Program-made: the position numbers and the translations under genes
In this document: positions 35,001-42,350 of the stretch, piece after piece
Layout of the letters: every line of letters starts with the position of its first letter
Position numbering within the stretch: the first letter of the stretch is position 1
Assembly: GCA_905234835.1 (NCBI GenBank)
Contig: CAJOIZ010000006.1
Location: 10,345-74,344 of the forward strand
From: Paludibacteraceae bacterium
Lineage (GTDB): Bacteria; Bacteroidota; Bacteroidia; Bacteroidales; Paludibacteraceae
Length of the DNA: 64,000 nt
Direction of reading: 5' to 3'
The notes under the pieces: model-generated
Told to the model about the DNA's origin: nothing
Seen by the model: only the letters and a program-made list of their open reading frames with translations
Database searches by the model: none

Positions 35001-36370
35001 GTCTCTGCATCAATCTCTAACGGCTCAAACCACGGGGCTACAATCGTTTGCATTCTTTTACAGCCGTGGAAACAATGTGCTCCGATGGATGTCAGCGATT
35101 CCGGGAAAGCAACACGCCTTATATTTGAACAATTAGCAAAAGCCACTTTGCCTATTTTGGTCAGGGATTTCATCCTGCTCATATTACAGCCTGTAACGGA
35201 GACCGACGCATCAAAACCTCTAAAATTCTTACAATTGAAAAAGGCATAATCCTCAATAATCTGCAAGTCATCATCCATATGGACGATTCCCAGTTCCGGA
35301 CAATTGTAGAAAGCTCCCTCATATATATGCTTGATACCTGCTCCTTGAACCTGCTCAAGATGACTGCATCCCATAAATGCATACCCACCGATAATCTCTA
35401 TATCACTATTAAAACTGATTATCTGCAGCACCTTATTATCCTTGAAAGCATTGTCTGCAATAGTATCTAATGTCGTCTTTGATTGATCTGAAAATAAATT
35501 TATATTCGGTCCCAGATTCTCATAACGCCGGAAAGTGGGGTCCGGCAAAAGAGAAGATATATTGCCATTTTTCAAACTGAAATACAACCCCCGTTCCATA
35601 TACGGCAGTTCTTCGAAAGGCGTGCCTTTGAGATGGGAAACGCACTCATACTCGGTGTCGAGGATGGTGACGATGTCCTTGTCGCCCTCCTGCGGAGCGC
35701 GTCCGGCATGTTCAGGTTGGATGCCTTCTCTCTTCGCGGGAGCGGAAGGAAGAATAATCTCGTAACCGCTCTGGGTCTCAATCTCCACAATCGTCACGTC
35801 CTTGGTGGTGGGGAGCAGGTAGTTCTCCCACGGCAGCACCCAGTAGTGCGCGCCCATGTGGAAGACAATCTGCGTGCCGCGGTAATTGGCACCGCAGCCG
35901 TAAGGCACGTGGATACGCATCTTGAGCAGCGTATGGTTGTCCTCACCGAGCGTCGGAGGGGTCTCGCCGAGGAAGAAGACATCCTTCGCGCCGCACTCCT
36001 TGAACACGCGGTCGCCGATGGCCTTCACCGTCTTCGGGATGATGATAGCCGCCGTCTCCACTTCCACGACGTTCATGAAAGCGCCATATTGCCAGTAATG
36101 GAACGCGTCATCCGCAATAGCCGACACAGTGTAGGTCTTGCTGTCGTAGGTTACTGTCTCCGGAATGGAGATGACATCCTTGATGGCATAGTAGTTGTTG
36201 TTCTTCTCGCTCTGCTTAGCCACCACCGCCTGCTTCGTGGCATCAATCAGCACATAGTTGATGCCGTTGATGGTCGCCACTGTCTGCGCGTCAGCGCGCT
36301 GCGGAAAGAACAATCCTGTCAGCATCAGCACCGCCGACGCAAGAAAAAAGAAAAGTCTTTTCATTGTCAT
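29090..36370 (-). CDS. giant cell-surface protein: signal peptide, seven BspA-type LRR supermodules, eleven Listeria-Bacteroides (Flg_new) repeats and a short conserved C-terminal tail
   Basis: The start is at 36370 (MTMKRLFFF...) or 36364. The LRR units recur, each supermodule closing with a cap such as 'LYVPYGCKANYESADQWKDF'. The C-terminal third has repeats of the form 'YTVTF.DWDG..L..Q.V......P..P.REGYTF.GWD.....V..DL.VTAQYEIN'. Confidence 0.85.
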   Translation of the reverse strand: MTMKRLFFFLASAVLMLTGLFFPQRADAQTVATINGINYVLIDATKQAVVAKQSEKNNNYYAIKDVISIPETVTYDSKTYTVSAIADDAFHYWQYGAFMNVVEVETAAIIIPKTVKAIGDRVFKECGAKDVFFLGETPPTLGEDNHTLLKMRIHVPYGCGANYRGTQIVFHMGAHYWVLPWENYLLPTTKDVTIVEIETQSGYEIILPSAPAKREGIQPEHAGRAPQEGDKDIVTILDTEYECVSHLKGTPFEELPYMERGLYFSLKNGNISSLLPDPTFRRYENLGPNINLFSDQSKTTLDTIADNAFKDNKVLQIISFNSDIEIIGGYAFMGCSHLEQVQGAGIKHIYEGAFYNCPELGIVHMDDDLQIIEDYAFFNCKNFRGFDASVSVTGCNMSRMKSLTKIGKVAFANCSNIRRVAFPESLTSIGAHCFHGCKRMQTIVAPWFEPLEIDAETFDPVPQEAVLQVPTLTKNDYAKAEGWKNFRIDDSGEREIWNGDLQYRVESRDGKTYMGMVIGINPLFNFEAEEVVIPRSFKMSNGAFVEVNLLGDGAFAGTPVRSVTIPSSVDNIRTHCFENCTQLRKVNCQYTSNDITENYINAYVLDYAFSNTALTEITVNRQIDFFAFRNTPLKKVTINSSRIAGGAFMGCSQLEKVTLECSMTGSYNITIGEQAFADCVNLKEIDVLSDKHVPYINDKGKTSLGVWRDVDLKKITAHVPSGTKYQYAAAPYWQEMQIVEEPVKIDGLCYILNKNTANATVTYETQDENNYAGLEEVTIPAEPLMVNGQGYYVTNVAQGAFAHSPITSIKLPPLLTTIDAEAFKNSMSLKKVEWDCDPSKTYSVGAAAFDGCSALEDIVLPATAAFIGDAAFRGCTALDTLTLPKDIYLGKDAFYGCTGLKDIVTLSTNPQNIAEKGVFADVDQSKVTLHIPSGNRGKYEAADVWKNFAMVEYQTKIGDFYYFLDEAAHTATLTYESTDWDLNYKDLAWDKKYVIPATFDYDDTQYKVTAIADFAFSGNNNDLSDITLPEGIMTIGKQAFSPCMNLASFNIPMSVTSIGQDAFYLTNFVQNDANYFQGLLHKDQCLIAAKDDILKDYAFPEIEKGTRLIAGGALAYCKHGPTKIPASVKYICEGAFENNEALYTLNMTDCPELTTIEQNAFRNCPNLSAVDFSNATQTIGDNAFFGTLVHEILLPKSLDMIGVGAFDNCTKLNWVIIPAVNAIGDYAFRNNTIARNVYVRAESPEQMSIGVSLFEGMNPAKSTLYVPYGCKANYESADQWKDFAIKEENPCIDGVYYLIDEENGTAAVAPEIFNSVYNYFDLEGDIVIPSVITVGGNAYQVTSVAPYAFAGSHGVTSVTLPNSIREIGDYAFHNSWISGKMKLQEGLKTVGKYAFFGTNLSYIHLPYTLTEIGEKAFFTGYMVVRTERNEPLDIAGLNVFNHPEDVRCDLYVPYGAKAAYAAADEWKDFCHIYEMGAQIGGLYYELGESPYQYAWVMPESEDIDLNYKNLPADLVIPEKVTFNELEYPVMGINPRAFKGCTQLRTVQLMSNMSSINAEAFMGCTSLESINLKKGLMDIGERAFQDCALTSLDLPSSTDEIGVNAFKGCTKIEKIVERATEHPDISGREVFEDVDISQIELFVPYGAQDDYMYADVWQEFYTIDEYETEVTVVSEDDSKGTVTGSGVFEKGSTTEIEAEPAEGYVFAGWDDGQANPFDAKRTITVGETPETFTASFEPRQLYIRFLDWDGTTLHTVKVAYGGSVDTEGFEPTRKGYSFAGWSMSPTNLTDDEEVTAQYTINEYELTINADHGTVTAHTLAEDAVDVKAVPFGTVIVLDIKADENYHFKQWENGSETAYRIFTMEDNKTVTATFEHDPYTVTFKDAEGNTLKTEQVAPGGAATAPEAPEVEGYTFIGWDGFFNEVNADITVKAVYEINYYNVTFKNWDGTVVFSQAVAWGTEADTPKKPYREGYTFTGWDKDYSSVKSDLVVTAQYEINKYTVTFFGNGGVELSKQTVDWNTAAVAPDAPAVEGYTFKGWDTDFSQVTKDLEVTAQYEINKFTVTFVDWDGTELSKQTIDWDGAAIYPSDPKREGYTFKGWDKAIDHVKADLTVTAQYEINTYTVTFYDREGKVISTQTVKWNEAAETPETPAWDGHTFTAWDTDFEHVKADLDIKPVYDTILYTVKFVDWNGNELKAEKVEYGQSATAPVNPVRDGYTFIGWDGFFNEVTADITIKAQYEINTYTVRFYDREDNVISTQTVEWNEAAKEPELETWEGHLFTGWSAEFSHVKSDLDIKPVYSVLTYKVTLSAEHGTIDVKPLDEEIELDLNAVPYGTQLTLTAVPQEGYEFSGWSDEVTDIARQIVVDSDIDLVAVFTLKSAPTALPDISGDEADKDTRTVRKVLIDGHVYILTPDNKVFNLTGLKIK

Positions 36371-36511
36371 TAGTATTTTATTGTTGTTTGCAAAAGTCAA
36401 GAGATATTCCTCGCACAATACTCAATGCCGTTCAGACAATACACAGCATTGTATAAAAACGCACAAAGATAATACATTTTTTTGGGAAATGCAAGAGTTT
36501 CGTAAAAAAAA

Positions 36512-36548
36512 TTGATAGTTGATAGTTGATAATTGATAATTGATAGTT
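36512..36548 (+). repeat. TTGATAG/TTGATAA heptamer array, 5 units
   Basis: Counted by hand. The unit order is tag, tag, taa, taa, tag. Confidence 0.9.
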
Positions 36549-36588
36549 CTTATCTCGGCAAAGCCTCGAACGATCGGCTGAAGCCGTA

Positions 36589-36611
36589 TGGATAATTGAT
36601 AGTTGATAGTT
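36589..36611 (+). repeat. TTGATAG heptamer array, 3 units
   Basis: tggataa-ttgatag-ttgatag-tt. Confidence 0.85.
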
Positions 36612-36674
36612 TCAAATTTATGATTTATGGTTTCAAATTCGAATCAATTTCGACTCAAATCCGAACAATTTAGC

Positions 36675-36717
36675 GACCTAACAGAGACCTAACAGAGACC
36701 TAACAGCGACCTAAAAG
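36675..36717. repeat. tandem 11-nt array gacctaacaga, about 4 units
   Basis: Counted by hand. Confidence 0.9.
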
Positions 36718-36960
36718 TTACAACCTGCTAAAATTCAGTTAATTATAACTATTCACCACAAAACATCTGTGACTGTCTTTATAACACGCTATAATTCAGC
36801 TTTATACAAACACATTTCTCTAATGACAAGAATTGGTTTAGAGTCTTTTCACGTTGTGTTCCTGTTGAATTCTTGTTGTGTTGTCATAATTATATACAAA
36901 ATGTATCTAAATAGACCCAGAGTCTCAGAACACTCGCGGAAACGCGAAAAATCTGGTCAA

Positions 36961-36993
36961 TCTGTCTCTTCTGGGTCTTCTGTCTCTTCTGAC
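36961..36993. repeat. tandem 9-nt array tctgtctct/tctgggtct, about 3.5 units
   Basis: Counted by hand. Confidence 0.85.
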
Positions 36994-37103
36994 TAAATTT
37001 GAAAAATCAAAATCAATCCGATTAATCTGCAAATTTCAATCTTCCCCAATACGCAGGCGCACGTAGAGACTAATAGTATATAAATGTCTTGTGTTGTGCC
37101 GTG

Positions 37104-37147
37104 AATCACCCGGTAATCACCCGCTAATCACCCGCTAATCACCCGCT
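37104..37147. repeat. tandem 11-nt array aatcacccg[gc]t, 4 units
   Basis: Counted by hand. This is the reverse complement of the array at 61165-61224. Confidence 0.9.
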
Positions 37148-37205
37148 CATGCTCCCTTGATGTATAGGAGATGCCCGCTTGAGATATTGCATGTGACAGC
37201 AGGAA

Positions 37206-37249
37206 GTAAAGTACGTAATGACAGGGGGTAAAGTACGTAATGGAAGGGT
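37206..37249. repeat. tandem 22-nt repeat (gtaaagtacgtaatg...), 2 units
   Basis: Counted by hand. 22 nt is twice 11 nt. Confidence 0.85.
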
Positions 37250-37374
37250 GTATAGGGTTTAAAGGCAGGAGGACTTTCATCTGAACGAAATAAACAAGGA
37301 ATGAGAGACAATGAGATAATACCGGGTAGAGTGATTTTAATTCATTTTTATTTGTCGGGTTGAGAAAGTTGGTG

Positions 37375-37382
37375 TATCTTTG
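37375..37382 (+). promoter_or_regulatory. candidate -7 box TAnnTTTG (TATCTTTG)
   Basis: It lies about 60 nt upstream of the rpsA ATG. Confidence 0.5.
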
Positions 37383-37443
37383 CGCGCTTTTTTAGCGAGA
37401 AAAAAGCAGAACATGTCTAACACTAAAACAGATTTTCGCCATT

Positions 37444-39201
37444 ATGACAGAGAATCAATCACTCCAGAACTTCGACTGGGATGCCTATGAACTTGAGAAA
37501 CAAGGCAAACAAAACGAAGAAACCAAACAGAAATACGACCAGACCCTGAGCGCCGTTAAGACGAACGAAGTAGTAATGGGTACGGTGACGAGCATCAACA
37601 AGCGCGAGGTAGTAGTGAACATCGGCTACAAGTCCGACGGTGTAGTACCCGCAACTGAGTTCCGTTACAACCCCGACCTGAAAGTAGGTGATCAGGTGGA
37701 AGTGTATATCGAAAGCCAGGAAGACCGCGACGGTCAGTTGGTTCTTTCGCACAAAGAAGCCCGTGCCGCCCGCAGCTGGGAGCGCGTAAACGAAGCCTTC
37801 GACAAACAGGAAATAGTGAACGGCTACATCAAGTGCCGCACCAAAGGCGGTATGATTGTGGATGTATTCGGTATGGAATCCTTCCTGCCCGGTAGCCAGA
37901 TTGACGTGAAGCCCATCCGCGACTACGATATCTTCGTAGGCAAGACGATGGAGTTCAAGATTGTGAAAGTCAATCCGGAGTTCCGCAACGTAGTTGTATC
38001 GCACAAAGCACTCATCGAAGCCGAACTGGAAGCCCAGAAGCGCGAAATCGTATCGCACCTTGAGAAAGGTCAGGTACTCGAAGGTACGGTTAAGAACATC
38101 ACTTCTTACGGTGTCTTCATCGACCTCGGCGGCGTAGATGGTCTGATTCACATCACCGACTTGAGTTGGGGACGTGTTAATGACCCGCACGAATTGGTTG
38201 AACTTGACCAGAAGATTAACGTGGTTATCCTTGACTTTGACGAGGAGAAGAAACGTATCGCATTGGGTCTCAAGCAGCTTACTCCGCATCCGTGGGATGC
38301 TCTCGATCCCAACCTCAAAGTAGGTGACAAGGTACACGGCAAGGTCGTTGTAATGACCGATTACGGAGCATTCGTTGAAATCGCCGACGGTATCGAAGGT
38401 CTGGTACACGTGAGCGAGATGTCATGGAGCCAGCACCTGCGCAGCGCCAACGACTTCCTGAAGGTAGGTGACGAGATTGACGCCGTTATCCTGACCCTCG
38501 ACCGCGAAGAAAGAAAGATGTCGCTCGGTATCAAGCAACTGAAAGCTGACCCGTGGGAGAACATCGAGCAGAAGTATGCTGTTGGAAGCCGTCACTTCGC
38601 ACGAGTTCGCAACTTCACTAACTTCGGTGTATTCGTAGAGATAGAAGAAGGCGTAGAAGGTCTGATTCATATCAGCGACCTGAGTTGGATCAAGAAAATC
38701 AAACACCCGAACGAGTTCACGTCCATCGGCGCTGAAATCGAAGTGGTTGTATTGGAAATCGACAAAGAGAACCGCCGCTTGAGCCTCGGTCACAAACAAC
38801 TCGAAGAGAATCCTTGGGAAGAACTCGAAGCCAAATACGGTCTGGACACTATCGTTAGCGGCAAAGTGGTTGAGCTCAACGACAAGGGTGCCGTAGTGGC
38901 TCTGGAAGACGGTGTGGAAGGTTTCTGCACAGCCCGTCACCTCCAGAAAGAAGACAAATCACAAGTTGCTGTTGGTGACACGATGGACTTCCGCGTAATC
39001 GAGTTCAACCGTGACGCTAAACGCATCCTCTTGAGCCACCTCCGCACATGGGAGGAGCGCAAAGAAGCTCCCGCCAAAGAGAAAGCCCCGAAGAAAGAGG
39101 CACAGCCCGAACTGCCGAAAGCAGAGAAGACGACCACTCTCGGCGACCTCGATGCCCTCGCATCCCTCAAAGCCAGCATGGAAGCAGGTACCGACAAGTA
39201 A
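37444..39201 (+). CDS. rpsA: 30S ribosomal protein S1
   Basis: Six S1 domains ('G.V..I...G.FV.I..G.EGL.H.S') and a Lys/Glu/Ala-rich C-terminal tail. Confidence 0.95.
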   Translation: MTENQSLQNFDWDAYELEKQGKQNEETKQKYDQTLSAVKTNEVVMGTVTSINKREVVVNIGYKSDGVVPATEFRYNPDLKVGDQVEVYIESQEDRDGQLVLSHKEARAARSWERVNEAFDKQEIVNGYIKCRTKGGMIVDVFGMESFLPGSQIDVKPIRDYDIFVGKTMEFKIVKVNPEFRNVVVSHKALIEAELEAQKREIVSHLEKGQVLEGTVKNITSYGVFIDLGGVDGLIHITDLSWGRVNDPHELVELDQKINVVILDFDEEKKRIALGLKQLTPHPWDALDPNLKVGDKVHGKVVVMTDYGAFVEIADGIEGLVHVSEMSWSQHLRSANDFLKVGDEIDAVILTLDREERKMSLGIKQLKADPWENIEQKYAVGSRHFARVRNFTNFGVFVEIEEGVEGLIHISDLSWIKKIKHPNEFTSIGAEIEVVVLEIDKENRRLSLGHKQLEENPWEELEAKYGLDTIVSGKVVELNDKGAVVALEDGVEGFCTARHLQKEDKSQVAVGDTMDFRVIEFNRDAKRILLSHLRTWEERKEAPAKEKAPKKEAQPELPKAEKTTTLGDLDALASLKASMEAGTDK

Positions 39202-39219
39202 GCCTGCCGCACATAAGAA

Positions 39220-39250
39220 GAAAGGCTGTCCGCAAGACAGCCTTTCTTTG
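39220..39250 (+). terminator. intrinsic terminator hairpin downstream of rpsA
   Basis: gaaaggctgtc-cgcaa-gacagcctttc forms an 11-bp stem and is followed by TTTG. Confidence 0.7.
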
Positions 39251-39281
39251 TAAACCGATTGTAACCTTTGTGAAACCGAGC

Positions 39282-40112
39282 ATGTCACCAACCATCCACT
39301 ACATAACCCGCATTCTATCGGACGTCTATTCGCCGGACGAAGCCCGTGCTCTCGCCCTATGGGTAACAGAAGAGCTGACAGGCAAGTCGCGGGGCGAACT
39401 GCTGCTGCGGCAAGAACCGATAGAGATACGCGGTTTGGACGCATACCTGCGCAGGCTACTTGATAAAGAGCCAATCCAGTACATCTTCGGCAAGACGGAA
39501 TGGATGGGTCTGCATCTGCGTGTGACCCGTGACACTCTTATTCCCCGTCCTGAGACATGCGAATTGGCAGAATGGGTAATTCGTGATGCTTCTTCGCAGA
39601 GCAAGTCACAACGAATAGTGGATATCGGCACGGGAAGCGGGTGTATCGCTATTGCGCTGAAAAAGAGGCTGCCACTATGGGATGTAAGCGCATGGGACGT
39701 GAGCGAGGAGGCATTAGCCGTCGCGAAAGAGAACGCGATACGTAACGGCGTGGAGATAACGTTTGCACAAAGAGACATAACACAGATTCTTGACAGCGGC
39801 GAACAACACTTTGATATAGCAGTGAGCAATCCGCCCTATATACCCGAAGAGGAGAAAGCCACTATGGATGCAAACGTAGTCCGCTACGAACCGGCAACAG
39901 CACTCTTTGTTCCCGACCACAATCCCCTACTCTTCTATCGCGCCATAGCTCGGCAACGACTTGCTCCGACGCTGTACTTCGAGATTCATGAGCGGATGGG
40001 AGAGAAGGTCAGGGAAATGTTAGTTTCAGAGGGATATAAGGAGGTAGAGATACGGAGAGATAGTTATGGGAAAGAGAGAATGGTGAGGGCGATGTTGATA
40101 GTTGATAGTTGA
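39282..40112 (+). CDS. prmC: release-factor glutamine N5-methyltransferase
   Basis: The ATG at 39282 (MSPTIHY) is preferred. The upstream part of the ORF-track ORF overlaps rpsA. 'VDIGTGSGCIA' and 'SNPPYI' are present. The stop codon lies inside a heptamer array. Confidence 0.85.
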   Translation: MSPTIHYITRILSDVYSPDEARALALWVTEELTGKSRGELLLRQEPIEIRGLDAYLRRLLDKEPIQYIFGKTEWMGLHLRVTRDTLIPRPETCELAEWVIRDASSQSKSQRIVDIGTGSGCIAIALKKRLPLWDVSAWDVSEEALAVAKENAIRNGVEITFAQRDITQILDSGEQHFDIAVSNPPYIPEEEKATMDANVVRYEPATALFVPDHNPLLFYRAIARQRLAPTLYFEIHERMGEKVREMLVSEGYKEVEIRRDSYGKERMVRAMLIVDS

Positions 40113-40129
40113 TAGTTGAAAGGTGAAAG
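40095..40129 (+). repeat. TTGATAG-type heptamer array, about 5 units (the last two degenerate to ttgaaag/gtgaaag)
   Basis: It encodes the last residues (..LIVDS) and the TGA stop of prmC. Confidence 0.9.
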
Positions 40130-40131
40130 GT

Positions 40132-40563
40132 ATGACAACTGAAGAATCAGAGTTGCGGAATAAGGCGGCGAGGTACTGCTCGGTCGCGGAACGGTGCCAA
40201 CAAGAAGTGGAACAGAAACTGGGTGCGTGGGGAGCTGACACTACCGAACGTGAATCGGTTGTGGCATACCTGTACGAGAACGGCTACTTGGATGACTGCC
40301 GGTACTGCCGCGCCTTCGTTCATGACAAAGTGGCGTTCGCTCAATGGGGACGACAGAAAATACGCTATGCTCTGCGCGCCAAACACCTGCCTGACAGAGA
40401 AATAGAAAAGGCACTGCAAGAGATAGATATTGAGGTCTATAAAAAGAATATAGAGAAACTGATAGCCTCCCGCCCGAAAGCGAGCAACGAAGCAGAGAAA
40501 GCAAAGTTAATAAGGTTTATGCTTCAGAGAGGATATAGTTATGAGGAAATAGTTGATAGTTGA
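40132..40563 (+). CDS. recX: regulatory protein RecX
   Basis: 'AARYCSVAERCQQEVEQKLGAWG' and the helical-repeat layout are typical of Bacteroidetes RecX. A GTG at 40123 is an alternative start. Confidence 0.75.
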   Translation: MTTEESELRNKAARYCSVAERCQQEVEQKLGAWGADTTERESVVAYLYENGYLDDCRYCRAFVHDKVAFAQWGRQKIRYALRAKHLPDREIEKALQEIDIEVYKKNIEKLIASRPKASNEAEKAKLIRFMLQRGYSYEEIVDS

Positions 40564-40594
40564 TAGTTGATAGTTGATAATTGATAATTGATAG
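40553..40594 (+). repeat. TTGATAG/TTGATAA heptamer array, 6 units
   Basis: The unit order is tag, tag, tag, taa, taa, tag. It encodes ..IVDS and the TGA stop of recX. Confidence 0.9.
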
Positions 40595-40653
40595 AAAATT
40601 TACTTTTCTGTGCGATTTTTGCAAATAGATTTGCATATATCATAAAAAAAGTG

Positions 40654-40661
40654 TACCTTTG
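40654..40661 (+). promoter_or_regulatory. candidate -7 box TAnnTTTG (TACCTTTG)
   Basis: It lies about 90 nt upstream of the ATG at 40749. The direct repeats lie between the box and the start codon. Confidence 0.45.
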
Positions 40662-40680
40662 CAGCAGTTTTTCGCTCAAG

Positions 40681-40743
40681 AAAGTGTAATAATACACATT
40701 TTATTCGTTTAAAAAAGTGTAGTAATACACATATTATTCGTTT
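40681..40743. repeat. two direct ~31-nt repeats, each with the palindromic core GTGTA-NNN(N)-TACAC
   Basis: aaagtgtaataatacacattttattcgttt / aaaaaagtgtagtaatacacatattattcgttt, ending 5 nt before the ATPase ATG. Confidence 0.85.
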
Positions 40744-40748
40744 GAAAA

Positions 40749-42185
40749 ATGTTAAAAAGAAAGATAGAAGACACTCTGATCCAGTGGAAGAACAATCTGA
40801 ATCACAAGCCTTTGGTGATCATGGGTATCCGCCAATGCGGTAAGACTTTTATCGCACAGCACTTTGCCGAAGCAAATTACAAAACGGTTGTCTATATCAA
40901 TTTTATCAAGCAACCGGAGCGTATCTCCGCGTTCGTGGGTTCCAAAGCGGTGGATGACATCTTGCTTAATCTCTCTGCTCAGATTGCAGGTGTTACGTTC
41001 ACACCGGGCAAAACGTGTTTTATCTTTGATGAGATTCAAGAATGTCCGGAAGCTCGCACTTCACTCAAGTTCTTCAAAGAAGACGGACGATTTGATGTGA
41101 TTGCTACGGGTTCATTGTTGGGGGTGCAGGGTTACGGTGATGAGAAGAAGAAACGCCATCGCAAACTGGTTCAACAGAAAGATCTTGGCATCAACTCCGT
41201 TCCGGTCGGTTCGGAAGATATTGTAGAGATGTATCCACTGGATTTTGAAGAGTTCCTGTGGGCAAACAATATCTCAAACGAAGTCATAGAAGCGCTGAAG
41301 AAGTTCTATCATGAAGAGGCTCTGGTTCCTGCCGGTATTCACTCGGCATTAAAGAACTTGCTCAATCTATACATCGCCATTGGAGGACTTCCGGAAGCCG
41401 TTAATGCGTTCCTTTCGTCCAACAATATGAATGAGGTAAGCAAAGCCCATCAGTCTATTTTGAAGGAGTACCGAGACGATATGGTCAAGTATGCTCCCGA
41501 CAAAGACAAACCGCATATTCGTGAGTGCTTCAATTCCATCCCCAAGCAATTGGCAAAAGAGAACAAGAAATTCCAATATAACCAAGTGAAGCCCGGTGGC
41601 AGAAGCGACACCTATCTCGGTTCGCTGCAGTGGCTGGAAGATGCAGGTATCATCAGCCGTTGCTACAATACGGATATTACCGGCCTGCCGATGGAAGGCA
41701 ACGCGAAAGATAATGTGTTCAAGGTCTATGTGACCGATATAGGTCTGCTCATAGAGATGTTGGGAGCCGGCACACGTGCTGACATTCTGCAAGGTAACTT
41801 AGGCGGCTTCAAGGGTGCTATCTTTGAGAATCTAATGGCTGACACGCTACACAAAAAGGCACAAAATCTGTACTATTTCCAAAAAGATTCCGGTCTGGAG
41901 TTGGATTTCCTGGTTCGCATGAAGGGAGAATGTGTGCCGTTGGAAGTGAAGGCTAAATCTTCCAAGTCCAAGAGCGCTAAAACCGTTTTGGCACATCCGG
42001 AGAAGTACCAAGTGCATCGGATTATTAAGTTCGGCGACTACAATATCGGTCGCGATGGTGATTTACTCACGCTGCCGACGTACATGCAGTTCCTGCTTGA
42101 TCTCGAACCGGAACAGATGATACTGGAACCGATAGACACCGACCAACTCACCCAACTCGCCAAGGAAGCACTTGCCGGAAATTAA
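40749..42185 (+). CDS. AAA-family ATPase with a C-terminal PD-(D/E)xK-like domain (AAA_14 / DUF4143 type), paralog of 21935-23254
   Basis: Walker A 'GIRQCGKTF', Walker B 'CFIFDEIQ' and 'LELDFLVRMKGECVPLEVKAKS'. Confidence 0.8.
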   Translation: MLKRKIEDTLIQWKNNLNHKPLVIMGIRQCGKTFIAQHFAEANYKTVVYINFIKQPERISAFVGSKAVDDILLNLSAQIAGVTFTPGKTCFIFDEIQECPEARTSLKFFKEDGRFDVIATGSLLGVQGYGDEKKKRHRKLVQQKDLGINSVPVGSEDIVEMYPLDFEEFLWANNISNEVIEALKKFYHEEALVPAGIHSALKNLLNLYIAIGGLPEAVNAFLSSNNMNEVSKAHQSILKEYRDDMVKYAPDKDKPHIRECFNSIPKQLAKENKKFQYNQVKPGGRSDTYLGSLQWLEDAGIISRCYNTDITGLPMEGNAKDNVFKVYVTDIGLLIEMLGAGTRADILQGNLGGFKGAIFENLMADTLHKKAQNLYYFQKDSGLELDFLVRMKGECVPLEVKAKSSKSKSAKTVLAHPEKYQVHRIIKFGDYNIGRDGDLLTLPTYMQFLLDLEPEQMILEPIDTDQLTQLAKEALAGN

Positions 42186-42241
42186 ACACGTGTTTCCTTA
42201 ATTCTCAGATTCACACAAAATAACCTATTCAGACGCAAACA

Positions 42242-42280
42242 ACAGGGACTGACTCGAGGTGAGTCAGTCCCTGTTTTCTA
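42242..42280. terminator. bidirectional intrinsic terminator between convergent genes
   Basis: acagggactgactc-gaggt-gagtcagtccctgt forms a 14-bp stem. TTTTCTATT follows it on the + strand. Confidence 0.7.
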
Positions 42281-42298
42281 TTCTGCTACGTATTCGGC

Positions 42299-42350
42299 AA
42301 CGGATGCACTACGGATGCGTAACGGATGCTGAAGGGATGCAGTAAAGGGT
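42299..42350. repeat. tandem 11-nt array (aacggatgcac-like), about 4.5 units
   Basis: Counted by hand. It abuts the stop codon of the DUF2723 gene. Confidence 0.8.

Noticed and set aside
36769-36996. A 75-aa ORF in the 1-kb spacer upstream of rpsA.
   Set aside because: It is AT-rich, has no promoter box before it, and its C-terminus ('SGQSVSSGSSVSSD') is the translation of the 9-mer tandem array. It is probably not coding.
36512-37249. The possibility that the tandem arrays here, at 60921-61224, or in the hairpin series at 61625-61838 are CRISPR arrays.
   Set aside because: The units are 7-22 nt and directly abut without unique 30-40-nt spacers. The hairpin series has non-identical 'repeats' and 16-20-nt spacers. 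No cas genes are in the window.
39048-39281. A long upstream extension of the prmC ORF (start at 39048).
   Set aside because: It overlaps the 3' end of rpsA and runs through the rpsA terminator hairpin. The ATG at 39282 gives a normal PrmC N-terminus.
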